64,000 nucleotides of DNA from an uncultured bacterium. Its GTDB lineage: Bacteria; Acidobacteriota; Thermoanaerobaculia; Multivoradales; JAHZIX01. The translations under genes were made by a program, and so were the position numbers. The stretch covers positions 1 to 64,000 of the forward strand of contig CBDUPA010000003.1 of the NCBI GenBank assembly GCA_965368975.1. Reading direction: 5' to 3'. The notes under the pieces are model-generated. The model did no database searches and had not been told where the DNA came from. It worked only from the letters and a program-made list of their open reading frames with translations. This document shows, in pieces, positions 27,542 to 36,775 of this stretch. How positions within the stretch are numbered: position 1 is the first letter of the stretch; the number at the start of each line of letters is the position of its first letter.

Positions 27542-28623
27542 TCTCGGATTTCACCCGCACGCGCTTCGACACGCTCAGTCGTTACCTCCAGGAACACAGC
27601 GATCCCGGCCGCTGGCTGGTGCTGACCCACGACAACCCGGATCCCGACGCGCTGGCAGCTGCAGTGATGCTCGGCCGTCTGCTGCAGCAGGGCCTGGGAC
27701 AGCGTGTCACCCTGGCCTACAGTGGCTTGATCGGCCGCGCCGAGAACCGCGAGATGGTGCGTAGCCTGAAGCTGCACTTCAGTCTGCTCCGGCACCTGAA
27801 CTTGAAGCGCTACAAGCACTTCGCGCTGGTCGACACGCAGCCGCGCACGGGCAACAACTCGCTGCCGGCCGACATCACGCCAGACCTGGTGATCGACCAC
27901 CATCCGGCGCGTCGGCCCAGCGCTTCGGTGCCGCTGGCCGACATCCGGCCGGAGTATGGCGCCACCGCGACCATCGTCGCCGAGTACCTGCAGGTCGCTG
28001 GCGTGTCGCTGTCGCGCAACGTCGCTACCGCCCTGGTCTACGCCATCCGCTCGGAAACCCAGGACTTTGGGCGCGAGGGCAGCGACCTCGACAAGCAGGT
28101 CTACGACGCCTTCTTGCCGCGCGCCAACAAGCGCCTGCTCGGCCGCATCCAGCACGCACCGCTGCCGCTGGCGTACTACGGCATGCTGCACCAGGCGCTG
28201 GAGAATCTACAGGGTGTCCACACGTTGGTGGTCAGTCACTTGGGGACCGTCGAGCAGCCGGATATCGTGCCCGAGATCGCCGACCTGCTGCTGCGCATGG
28301 AGGGCATGACCTGGTCGTTGTGCACCGGCGTCTATGGCGACCGTGTCTACCTGTCGATCCGTACCACCAACCCACGAGCTGCCGCTGGCGATATCGCCCG
28401 CCGGCTGGTCGGGCGTCGCGGCCGCGGTGGTGGCCACGGCATGCTGGCCGGTGGCTGGGTCCAGCTGACGGCGACGCAGCAGGCCGAGCCGGAGCGCGTG
28501 CAGCAGCAGCTGGGGCGCAAGCTGGCCAAGGCGCTACGCAAGAATCCGGACAAGCTGGGTCCGGTGGACTTCGGCCTCACGCCCCGAGAGCAGGCTTCGT
28601 GGCGCAGATCACCACCAGCGTGA
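27538..28623 (+). CDS. DHH/DHHA1 phosphoesterase
   Basis: THDNPDPDALAA, LVDT, IDHHP, GGGHGMLAGG; GTG start overlapping the upstream stop. Confidence 0.9.
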   Translation: MISDFTRTRFDTLSRYLQEHSDPGRWLVLTHDNPDPDALAAAVMLGRLLQQGLGQRVTLAYSGLIGRAENREMVRSLKLHFSLLRHLNLKRYKHFALVDTQPRTGNNSLPADITPDLVIDHHPARRPSASVPLADIRPEYGATATIVAEYLQVAGVSLSRNVATALVYAIRSETQDFGREGSDLDKQVYDAFLPRANKRLLGRIQHAPLPLAYYGMLHQALENLQGVHTLVVSHLGTVEQPDIVPEIADLLLRMEGMTWSLCTGVYGDRVYLSIRTTNPRAAAGDIARRLVGRRGRGGGHGMLAGGWVQLTATQQAEPERVQQQLGRKLAKALRKNPDKLGPVDFGLTPREQASWRRSPPA

Positions 28624-31600
28624 TGTCGTCGCGTGGTGCCCGCTCGCCGGGGGCGATTCCGCCGGCTCGCAGCAGAGCGTCGAGGACCTGCTGGGCGCCA
28701 CCATCGGCGATGCCTTGCAGGCAGCGCACCACGGCCTCGTAACCCGGCTCACCCGTGCGCTCTTCGATCCACTCCGGCAGGCCATCGGAATACAGGACGA
28801 GCACGTCTCGGGGCTGCAGCTGGAAGGTGCTCTCGCGGTAGTTCTCGTCCAGCCGGCTACCCAAGGGCAGGCCTGGGAGTAGCAATTCCTCGACCGTTGA
28901 CTCCTCGGTGGCTGGCTCCTCGGTGGCTGGCTCCTCGGTGGCTGGCTCCTCGATTGGCACTGGGTCGCTGCCTGCCGGCCGGCAGTGCAGGACCGGCGGC
29001 ATGCCGGCGGATGACAGGGTGACCCGGTGGCCCTCGAGATGCAGCACGTTCAGAGCCATGCGCAGACGCTTGAGTTCCATCGTGCGTAGCACGCCGTTGA
29101 GTTCGCGCAGCAGGGCGCTCGGTGAGCGCACGGCCAGGGCCTTGAGGGCCGCCTTGGTCATCGACACCATCATGCCGGCGGACAGGCCGTGACCGGTGGC
29201 GTCGCCGGTGACGGCGAACAGGCTACCGTCTTCCTGTGGAAAGAAGTCGTAGTAGTCGCCGCCGACCTCGGTGGCGGTCCGCATGAAGGTGGCGATCTCG
29301 AGGCCGGGCAGCCGCGGCGGCGCCGGGGGCAGCATGGATAGTTGCAGGTCGCGGGCGCGCTCCAGTTCTTCGGCCTGGCGTTGGTGCTCGGCGGCCAAGG
29401 CGCGGCGTTCCAATTCGTGCTGACGGTCGCGCAGGGCGGCTTCCTGGCTGGCGACGCGGTGGCGCACGTACCCCAAGACGCCGGTACCAGAGAGCAACAG
29501 ATAGCCCGCATAGGCCCACCAGGTGCGCCAGGGCGGCGGAATGACGCGCACGCGAATGCTGGCAGCTTGCGGGCTCCACACACCATCACTGTTGCTCGCT
29601 TGGACGCGGAAGACGTAGTCACCGCCATCCAGATTGGTGTAGCTGGCGTAGCGTCGAGTTCCGGCGTCGATCCAGTCGTGATCGAAGCCGATCAACTGGT
29701 AGGCGTAGCGGTTGTGCTGTGGGCTGGTGAAGTCCAGGGCGGTGAACTCGAAGGCGAAGAAGTTCTCGCGGTAGCCGACCTCCAGATCGCTCAGCTGTGC
29801 TGGGTCGGTACTCAAGCGCTGCCGTTGGTCGAGCCTGTAGAAGTTGGTCAGCCGCACCGGTGGTGGGTGTGGGTTGCTGCGCAGGTGACGTGGGTGGAAG
29901 TAGTTGAGGCCGTGGATACCGCCGAACAGTAGCTCGCCAGCGGGCGTGCGCCAAGCCGCGCGGCCGTTGAACTCTTCGCCGCCGAGGCCGTGCTGGCTGC
30001 CGTAGTTGGTGAACTTGCCGGTATCGGGCTCGAAACGGCTGAGGCCGGCGTTGGTCGACAGCCAGAGGTGTCCGTCATCGTCTTCCAGGATGGCGTAGAG
30101 GGTGTCGGTGGGTAGGCCGTCGCGCTTGCGGTAGGGGCGGAAGATGCCCGAGTCCGGGTCGAAGAGGTCGAGACCTCCGCCGTGCGTCACAACCCACAGG
30201 CGACCCTCTCGATCCTCGTGCATGGCCATCAGAATGTCGTGGCTCAAGCTCGATGGATCTCCGACCCGGTGCTGGTAGCGGCTGAAGCTGCCGGCCGCCA
30301 TGTTCGGTCCACCGTCGGAGTTCGTGCCGGCCGACGCCGGATGGTAGCGCGCCAAGCCCGCGGCAGTGCCGAACCACAGGCGCTGGTGGCTGTCCTCGAA
30401 GGTGAAGCGGACGAAATTGGCCGGCAGGCTGTTGCCGTCCGCGGGGTTGTTGGTCCAGGTCAGAAACGTCTCCGTTTCGGGATCCCATCGTTGCACGCCG
30501 CCGTTGGTGCCGATCCAGATGGCGCCGTCCTGGCTCTGGGTCAGGCTGAAGATGTTGTTGCTGACCAGGCCACCTGGGCTCGCGAAGTAGCGCCGCACGA
30601 CCTGTCCGGCGCCGCGGTCGATCACCGAGATGCCACTGCCGACAGTCCCCACCCACAGCCTTCCATCCCGGTCTTCGAGCAGCGCGCGTACGAAGTTGCT
30701 CAACAGATTGCGGCCGGTTCCAGGCCGGGTGCCGTAGTGCTCGATCACGTGGCGCCGGGTGGCGTCGAAGCGGTACAAGCCGGCTTCCGAAGTTCCCACC
30801 CAGAGGGTGCCGGCCGCATCCACGAGCACGCTGAACACCTTGCTGTCCTGTAGCCCTTCGGGGTGCGACGGACGGTGGTGGAGCAGCCGGAACTGGTTCT
30901 TGTAGGGGCTGAGTCGGCTGATGCCGGCGCCCTGGGTGCCGATCCACAGGTTGCCGCTGTGATCTTCGTAGAGAACGGACAGCAGGTTGTTGCCCAAGCC
31001 GCGTGGCTCGGCCGGATGATGGGCATAGCGTTGGAAGTCGTCGCTCTCGGGCTGGTGCAGATACAGGCCGCCGGTCGTCGCGACCCAGAACCTTCCCAGG
31101 TGGTCTTCCAGAAGGTCGGCGAGGAGGCTGTTGCTCGGAGAGCGCCTGTCGAGGGCAGCCTGGGAACCGGGAGGGTCAGCAGGCCAGGCACGGAACTGGT
31201 CGGTCAGCGGTTCGTAGCGCAGCAGGCCGGCATTGGTACAGATCCACAGCCGTCCCAGGCGGTCTTCGGCCAGTGGATGTTCCAGGGTGCCGCCGCCGAT
31301 GTTGTTCCAGGGGCCAGTGGCTGCCAGTTCGGTGGGTACCGAGTGGCGCAAGACTTGCCGGCTGCGGGGATCATAGCGATAGAGGCCAGCGGTACCGGTG
31401 GCCACCCACAGATTGCCGCTGCGACTCTGCAGCAGGCTGGTGATGCGACGGTTCGGCAGGACGACGTCGACTGCCAAGTCCGCTCCGAAGCGAATCTGCT
31501 CGGCTGGCTGCTGCAGTCGCAGCAGACCGGTGGCGGTCCCCAACCACAGCACGCCGTCGCGATCCTCGAGCAAGGTCAACACCGCCGCTGCCGCGGGATG

Positions 31601-32167
31601 GGGGGCCGCGATGCGCCAGACGCGGCGACTCTCGGGGTCGACGATCTGGAGGCCGAGCGGCGTTCCCAGCCACAGCCGCCCCAGCGCGTCTTCGTAGACG
31701 GCCCGTCGGGCGACCGCGGTCGGGCGGGGGGACGCGGGATCCGCGGGATTGTGGTGGAAGCTGAAGAAACGTTGGGCTCGCGGGTCGAAGTACTGCAGCA
31801 CGCCACCCTGGCTGGGCATGGCCCAGATCCGGCCACGGCTGTCGAGGAAGAGATCCTGCACCAGGCTGGTGGCGGGTGAGCCAGGATCGTCCGGATCGTG
31901 CTGGAAGACTTCGAACTCGTAGCCGTCGAAACGCTGGATGCCGTCCTGTGTGGCGATCCAGATCCAGCCGTGGCGATCCTGCAGCAGGTCGTTGACCGAA
32001 ATCTGGGATAGGCCGTCGTCGCGCCCCAGGTGGTCGAAGTGCGGATCGGGATTGGGTCCTCGCCAGGCTCCGTCCAGGTCCGAGGATTCACCGACCGCTG
32101 CTGCCACAGGTGCGGCAGGTGAGATCGCGCAGGCGCAAACGAGGAGAAGTAGAAGGCGGGCAAACAT
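28577..32167 (-). CDS. Membrane sensor: two-component regulator beta-propeller + Y_Y_Y + TM + SpoIIE/PP2C phosphatase
   Basis: Signal peptide, many EDxxGxLWxGT repeats, YTNLDGGDYVFRV, PPPWRTWWAY, VGGDYYD, GDATGHG, YSDGL, DDITLV. Confidence 0.92.
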   Translation of the reverse strand: MFARLLLLLVCACAISPAAPVAAAVGESSDLDGAWRGPNPDPHFDHLGRDDGLSQISVNDLLQDRHGWIWIATQDGIQRFDGYEFEVFQHDPDDPGSPATSLVQDLFLDSRGRIWAMPSQGGVLQYFDPRAQRFFSFHHNPADPASPRPTAVARRAVYEDALGRLWLGTPLGLQIVDPESRRVWRIAAPHPAAAAVLTLLEDRDGVLWLGTATGLLRLQQPAEQIRFGADLAVDVVLPNRRITSLLQSRSGNLWVATGTAGLYRYDPRSRQVLRHSVPTELAATGPWNNIGGGTLEHPLAEDRLGRLWICTNAGLLRYEPLTDQFRAWPADPPGSQAALDRRSPSNSLLADLLEDHLGRFWVATTGGLYLHQPESDDFQRYAHHPAEPRGLGNNLLSVLYEDHSGNLWIGTQGAGISRLSPYKNQFRLLHHRPSHPEGLQDSKVFSVLVDAAGTLWVGTSEAGLYRFDATRRHVIEHYGTRPGTGRNLLSNFVRALLEDRDGRLWVGTVGSGISVIDRGAGQVVRRYFASPGGLVSNNIFSLTQSQDGAIWIGTNGGVQRWDPETETFLTWTNNPADGNSLPANFVRFTFEDSHQRLWFGTAAGLARYHPASAGTNSDGGPNMAAGSFSRYQHRVGDPSSLSHDILMAMHEDREGRLWVVTHGGGLDLFDPDSGIFRPYRKRDGLPTDTLYAILEDDDGHLWLSTNAGLSRFEPDTGKFTNYGSQHGLGGEEFNGRAAWRTPAGELLFGGIHGLNYFHPRHLRSNPHPPPVRLTNFYRLDQRQRLSTDPAQLSDLEVGYRENFFAFEFTALDFTSPQHNRYAYQLIGFDHDWIDAGTRRYASYTNLDGGDYVFRVQASNSDGVWSPQAASIRVRVIPPPWRTWWAYAGYLLLSGTGVLGYVRHRVASQEAALRDRQHELERRALAAEHQRQAEELERARDLQLSMLPPAPPRLPGLEIATFMRTATEVGGDYYDFFPQEDGSLFAVTGDATGHGLSAGMMVSMTKAALKALAVRSPSALLRELNGVLRTMELKRLRMALNVLHLEGHRVTLSSAGMPPVLHCRPAGSDPVPIEEPATEEPATEEPATEESTVEELLLPGLPLGSRLDENYRESTFQLQPRDVLVLYSDGLPEWIEERTGEPGYEAVVRCLQGIADGGAQQVLDALLRAGGIAPGERAPRDDITLVVICATKPALGA
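28901..28952. repeat. 15-bp tandem repeat (CTCCTCGGTGGCTGG)x3 + partial; encodes EEPAT repeats
   Basis: Read directly from the sequence. Confidence 0.95.
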
Positions 32168-32176
32168 GGCTGGTGC

Positions 32177-33301
32177 CTATTCTATGCTGGGCTCTTGCCG
32201 CGTCGCCCCGGTCGTGAGCTCCACCCCAGGAATCAGCTCCACCCAGGCTGCGCGTCCACTGGGACCCGCACGGAGCAAGGGGACGACCGGCCGGTCGTCG
32301 GATGCCTCTGGTACGTCCCGGCCGAAGCACAGTTTCAAGCTACCGGCGCTGGTGTGGGGTAGGGCTCCTGCGTGCGCCACTGCCTGCGCCACTGCGTACG
32401 CCACGAAGCCGAAGGTCAGGCGGGCGTTGATTTCACTCAGGGGTTGCAGGGCGGTGCCGTCGCTTCCCCGGTAGCGGTAGCCGTCAACGCCGAATGGGCC
32501 GTGGTAGCCGATCGCCGCGAGGGCTTCGCCGGCCGCGGTGGCGGCAGCCGTGGCGGCGGCTTGTTCATCGAGTCGCCAGGGCAGAGGGCCCAGTTCGATG
32601 CCGGTGAAGCGACCCCGCGTGTCGACAAGGACGCGGTGGGGTCGCTGCAACTCGACCTTGCCGTCCGGGTGGACGGTGCCGAGCAGGCCGAAGTCGAGGC
32701 TGTCTGGACCCAGGTCACGATCGACCCAGGGCTCGAAGAGCAGCTCGCGGTGCTGTTGTAGTAGGCGTCGCACTCGTGTCTCGGCCTGTTCAGAGACTCG
32801 GCGGGCTCTTGGAGGCTCGCTGTCATGAGCTTCGATGTGACGGTCGCGGCCGGCAGCGGAGTAGGGAGCCTTGACCACCCAGGATGTGACGCCGGTGGTG
32901 TCGAGATGAGAACGTAGCTGCTCGATCGAGTGGAGGAAGCGCGCGCTGGGAAAGGCGTGGCCGAGCCGGCGGGCGAGGTCGTGGGCGAGGCGTCGGTGGT
33001 GCAGGTTCTTGTCTTCCACGGCCCAGGTCACCACCGTATCGCCCTCCGCGACGTGCTCCGGCATCCCGACCGCCAAGCGTGGTCGTGCCAGCACCGGCTG
33101 GGTCGGCCCTGGCACGTCGACCAGGCGCGCCGGGTCGACCGCTGCTGGCAGCCACAGTGTTGCGTTCGCTTCGGTCGCGTCCGCGGGCAAGAGGGCGCGC
33201 AGCAGCGTGCCGGCGTCGGCGATGGCCTGCAGCGCCTTGCGCGGTAGCGTGACGCCAGCCAGCCGGGCCTCGACCTCGAGGTTGGCGATCACGTGCAGCA
33301 A
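32177..33301 (-). CDS. ATP-grasp-fold protein
   Basis: VVKAPYSAAGR, FEPWV, GYHGPFGVDG, EINARLTFG motifs. Confidence 0.7.
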   Translation of the reverse strand: MLHVIANLEVEARLAGVTLPRKALQAIADAGTLLRALLPADATEANATLWLPAAVDPARLVDVPGPTQPVLARPRLAVGMPEHVAEGDTVVTWAVEDKNLHHRRLAHDLARRLGHAFPSARFLHSIEQLRSHLDTTGVTSWVVKAPYSAAGRDRHIEAHDSEPPRARRVSEQAETRVRRLLQQHRELLFEPWVDRDLGPDSLDFGLLGTVHPDGKVELQRPHRVLVDTRGRFTGIELGPLPWRLDEQAAATAAATAAGEALAAIGYHGPFGVDGYRYRGSDGTALQPLSEINARLTFGFVAYAVAQAVAHAGALPHTSAGSLKLCFGRDVPEASDDRPVVPLLRAGPSGRAAWVELIPGVELTTGATRQEPSIE

Positions 33302-33329
33302 GGGGATCTTCCTCGGCGCTCGTGCCAGC

Positions 33330-34112
33330 TCAGGCGTCGACGGCTTCGAGACGGCGGATGAAGTCGGGGTCGAGGCCGGCGAGTTCGCGTCCCTGGTGGT
33401 GGAAGGTGCGACCCTTGGCCTTGAGCGGGCGCAACGGCCACGTGAGGTTGGCGCGATAGGCGTCCCAGGCGCTTTCTTCGGGAGCCTTGAAGCGCTGCAG
33501 CCAGGTCCAGCCGAAGCGCACGTGCTCGGCCTCGTCGCGGTGCACTTGCTCGATCACCGCCGCCGTCTTGATGTCACCGGCCGTCCGCGCGGCCTCGGCG
33601 TACTCGACGGTGTGGTCGAGGTTGGCGTTCTCGAAGGTCAGGGACATGGCGCAGACGAAGCGCAGCGGCGTCGTCAGCTGCTCGGCCTTGCTCCAGAAGT
33701 AGCCGGTGACCGGGAAGTCGCCGAAGCGGTGGCCGGTGGCCTCGACGCGGGCGATGTACATGCGCGTGTGGCGCTGCTCGTCCTGCAGGATCTTGAGCAG
33801 GCCGCGACGGAAGTCAGCGGGAGCTTCGGGGAAGGCGAGCAGCGCCCAGGCGAAGAGTTCGGCGGCCTGCAGCTCGTGGTTGGCCAGGCCGTGCAGAATG
33901 CGCGGACGCTGCGCCGGGTCGACCATGCCGCTGACCGGCGGCACCTTGACCTCGTCGTTGGGCCGGATGCGCAGCGCTTCCGGGCGTCCCGGGCCAGCCG
34001 CGAAGATAGCTGGGCCGGGGGTCTCGTCGCTCAACTCTTCGCGTGCCGGCGTCAGCTTGGCGTCGAGGTCTTCGGTGTCCAGCACGCGGCGGGCGAAGTC
34101 GCGGATTTCCAT
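33330..34112 (-). CDS. DUF455 ferritin-like di-iron protein
   Basis: HGLANHELQAAE, DEQRH, FENANLD, DEAEHVRFG. Confidence 0.88.
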   Translation of the reverse strand: MEIRDFARRVLDTEDLDAKLTPAREELSDETPGPAIFAAGPGRPEALRIRPNDEVKVPPVSGMVDPAQRPRILHGLANHELQAAELFAWALLAFPEAPADFRRGLLKILQDEQRHTRMYIARVEATGHRFGDFPVTGYFWSKAEQLTTPLRFVCAMSLTFENANLDHTVEYAEAARTAGDIKTAAVIEQVHRDEAEHVRFGWTWLQRFKAPEESAWDAYRANLTWPLRPLKAKGRTFHHQGRELAGLDPDFIRRLEAVDA

Positions 34113-34224
34113 GACCCGATGCTACACCGCCGTGTCGCGCAGCTGGAGGGCTCCGAGTTGTCAGTCCTGACATAGTTTGTAGTCACGAATCCTGTGCCAC
34201 CATCATCACGAGGAGATCGAGACC

Positions 34225-35274
34225 ATGAGCGAACCCACCACCGACGCGCGCGACGGGATCTTGGGTATTCACCACATCACCGCGCTGGCCAGCGATCCGC
34301 AGGCCAACCTGGACTTCTACGCCGGTCTGCTCGGCCTGCGTCTGGTCAAGAAGACCGTCAATTTCGACGATCCCGGTACGTACCACTTCTATTATGGTGA
34401 CGACGCCGGCCGGCCCGGCACGATCCTCACCTTCTTTCCGTGGCCCAACGCCCGCCGTGGCGCCCTCGGCGCCGGCCAGACGCGCGTCGTCCGCTTCGCC
34501 GTGCCGGCCGGCTCGCTGGACTTCTGGCAGCAGCGTCTGCGCGAGCACGGCATCGGTGCCGGTGATCGAGGCGAGACGAGCGATGGCGAGACGCTGCGCT
34601 TTCGCGACCCCGATGGCATGGGTCTGGAGCTGGTCGCGGATGCGGTCGCTGCCGAGCGTCCGGCTTGGTCGACAGGACCTGTACCGCGAGACAAGGCCAT
34701 TCGTGGCTTCCACGGGGTCGAGTTTCTGGAGGCGGATCCGCAGGTGACGGCCGAGGTCTTGGTCGAACACATGGGCTTCCGTGCTGTCGAAGCTTCCAGC
34801 GATAGGGGGCGGAACGATCTGCGCTTCGAGATCGGCAGAGGTGCCGACACCGCCAGGATCGACCTGGTTGCGACGCGTGAGTCCCAGGGAAGGGTCGCCG
34901 CCGGCAGTGTGCACCATATCGCCTGGCGCGTCGCCGACGATGCCCGGGAAGTCGCCTGGCGCGAACGCTTGCAAGGCCTGGGGCACCACATCACGGAAGT
35001 ACTCGATCGGCAGTACTTTCACTCCGTCTACTTCCGCGAACCGGGCGGCGTGCTGTTCGAGCTGGCTACCGATCCGCCAGGCTTCGAGCTGGACGAGAGC
35101 TACCATGATCTGGGCTCCGGCTTGATGCTGCCGCCGTGGCTCGAAGGCCAGCGCGAGCGGATCGAGACCCTTCTGCCGCCCGTCACGCGCCCCTGCATGG
35201 GCCACGCGATCGCCGCCGACGAGATCACCGCCGACGAGATCGAGGCGGCGCGCGATCTCGTCGGCGGTGTTTGA
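34225..35274 (+). CDS. Ring-cleaving dioxygenase / VOC family (MhqO-like)
   Basis: GIHHITA, KKTVNFDDPGTYH, VHHIAW, DRQYFHSVYFREPGGVLFELATD. Confidence 0.92.
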   Translation: MSEPTTDARDGILGIHHITALASDPQANLDFYAGLLGLRLVKKTVNFDDPGTYHFYYGDDAGRPGTILTFFPWPNARRGALGAGQTRVVRFAVPAGSLDFWQQRLREHGIGAGDRGETSDGETLRFRDPDGMGLELVADAVAAERPAWSTGPVPRDKAIRGFHGVEFLEADPQVTAEVLVEHMGFRAVEASSDRGRNDLRFEIGRGADTARIDLVATRESQGRVAAGSVHHIAWRVADDAREVAWRERLQGLGHHITEVLDRQYFHSVYFREPGGVLFELATDPPGFELDESYHDLGSGLMLPPWLEGQRERIETLLPPVTRPCMGHAIAADEITADEIEAARDLVGGV

Positions 35275-35360
35275 GTGCTTGCTCGGGAACTACGCCAGGA
35301 ACCATGCCCGGAGCCAACCCTGGAGCCAGGCCAGGTGGCGGAGGCGGTACTGGCCAGTGG

Positions 35361-36452
35361 TTACTGTCCGGAAGCTTGCGCCATCTGGGCCCAGCCGTCG
35401 AGCTGACTCGAGAACCCTGGTTGGCTGGGGTTGTAGTACCCCTCGATCCAGGCGAACGAACCGCCGAAGCAGCCGGGATACTTGGCGGCCAGCGCCTGCA
35501 ACACAGGGACGATGACGACCTGCGAGCTGGGGCTGCCACCAGTCAAGGGCTGGGATCCGGCCGGATAGTTGGGATCCTGAATCTCAGGTGAGAAGCCGGC
35601 CATCAGGAAGGCGGCGGCGTCGGAGATGCCGGTCTGGCCCGAGATGCTCTGTAGCGAGCTGACTAGGTTGTTGTAAGCCGACTCTGCACCCGGCGTGCTC
35701 TGCGGGTCTCCCCCCGCGTAGTACTGCACGTTCAGATAGTCGACGCTCTGCGTCGAGCCGTTGTAGGTTGCTTCCAGGATCGGCTGGTCGTTGGGCAGGC
35801 CAGGACAGCTGCTGACATAGAACGACGTGCTGAGGCCGTTGGCGGGCGTGTGCGAGACGACGTAGCCGCGGCTGGCGACTTCGTTCGACAGATCAACGAT
35901 CAACTGCCCGTAGGTCTGGTAGACGCTGGACCAGCTCTCGCCCTGCTGTCCGGGTTCCAGGTCGATATTGATGCCGTTGGCGTTGTAGGCCTTGAAGAAA
36001 TCGTTCTCGAGCTGGTCGACGAACTTGCTGACCCCCATGGTCTGGATTGTCTTGAAGACGTCAGAACCCTCCCAGCCACCGATGGACACCAGCAGGTTCA
36101 TGCCGGCGGCACGCAGCTGGGCGAACTTGGCTGGGAGCTTCTGCGAGAGTTCCCACACATCACCAGAAGTTGTGGTCAGTGGGGTGATCGGCACGCCGTT
36201 CCAGGTCAGCGTGTCCGGATTGCTGGTGTAGAAGGGGGAGTTGGTGTCAGGGAAGTGGAAGAGCCAGAGGAAGATGTCGGTGAACTCGTACTTTCCTGAG
36301 GCTCCCTCGAGCTGCTGGATGACGCTGTCGATGATCGTGTCGATGTCGGCCGAGGTCGAGGCGGGGTTGCCGTTCTGGTCGCCGTTCTCGGACGGCGTCC
36401 CAGCGTTGAGGCCCAAGGTACCCGAATACAGTCCGAAACGAAGCGTGGTCAT
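35361..36452 (-). CDS. Glycoside hydrolase family 18-like (chitinase-like), no signal peptide
   Basis: LVSIGGW, ANGINIDLE (variant of DGxDxDxE), DYLNVQYY, FGGSFAW; AGGAGG RBS before MTTLRF. Confidence 0.75.
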   Translation of the reverse strand: MTTLRFGLYSGTLGLNAGTPSENGDQNGNPASTSADIDTIIDSVIQQLEGASGKYEFTDIFLWLFHFPDTNSPFYTSNPDTLTWNGVPITPLTTTSGDVWELSQKLPAKFAQLRAAGMNLLVSIGGWEGSDVFKTIQTMGVSKFVDQLENDFFKAYNANGINIDLEPGQQGESWSSVYQTYGQLIVDLSNEVASRGYVVSHTPANGLSTSFYVSSCPGLPNDQPILEATYNGSTQSVDYLNVQYYAGGDPQSTPGAESAYNNLVSSLQSISGQTGISDAAAFLMAGFSPEIQDPNYPAGSQPLTGGSPSSQVVIVPVLQALAAKYPGCFGGSFAWIEGYYNPSQPGFSSQLDGWAQMAQASGQ

Positions 36453-36775
36453 GATGTCCTCCTGAGTTTGTGAGCGTGGCAGAGACTCACCCGCGGGCGG
36501 TGCCGTGAGGAGCCAGGTGTCAGTCCGGAAATGAGTGACCTCATCTCCTAGGAAAACACGGAATCGCGCAGATAGGGGCCAACCTTCTGTCAGAAACCTC
36601 AAAACCGTCGCGAACCCCTCCCTGAAGCCGTTCCCGCCCGAGCTGACGTCGAGACGCACTGGCTCTTCTCGCGTCGTCGAACATCAGGTTTCGGGAGGAT
36701 GCGGGAACATCGATGAGCAAGCTCCGATGCTGTGACCCCTAGGGTTCGATGGCGTGCGGAGAAGGGAGGAGTCAC

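Noticed and set aside
28901-28952. Short direct repeats as a CRISPR array (also 41217-41276)
   Set aside because: Contiguous 15-bp units without spacers, in frame within CDSs, and no cas genes.
35275-35360. Imperfect 12-bp periodic sequence between convergent genes
   Set aside because: Short and degenerate, with no hairpin or recognisable element.
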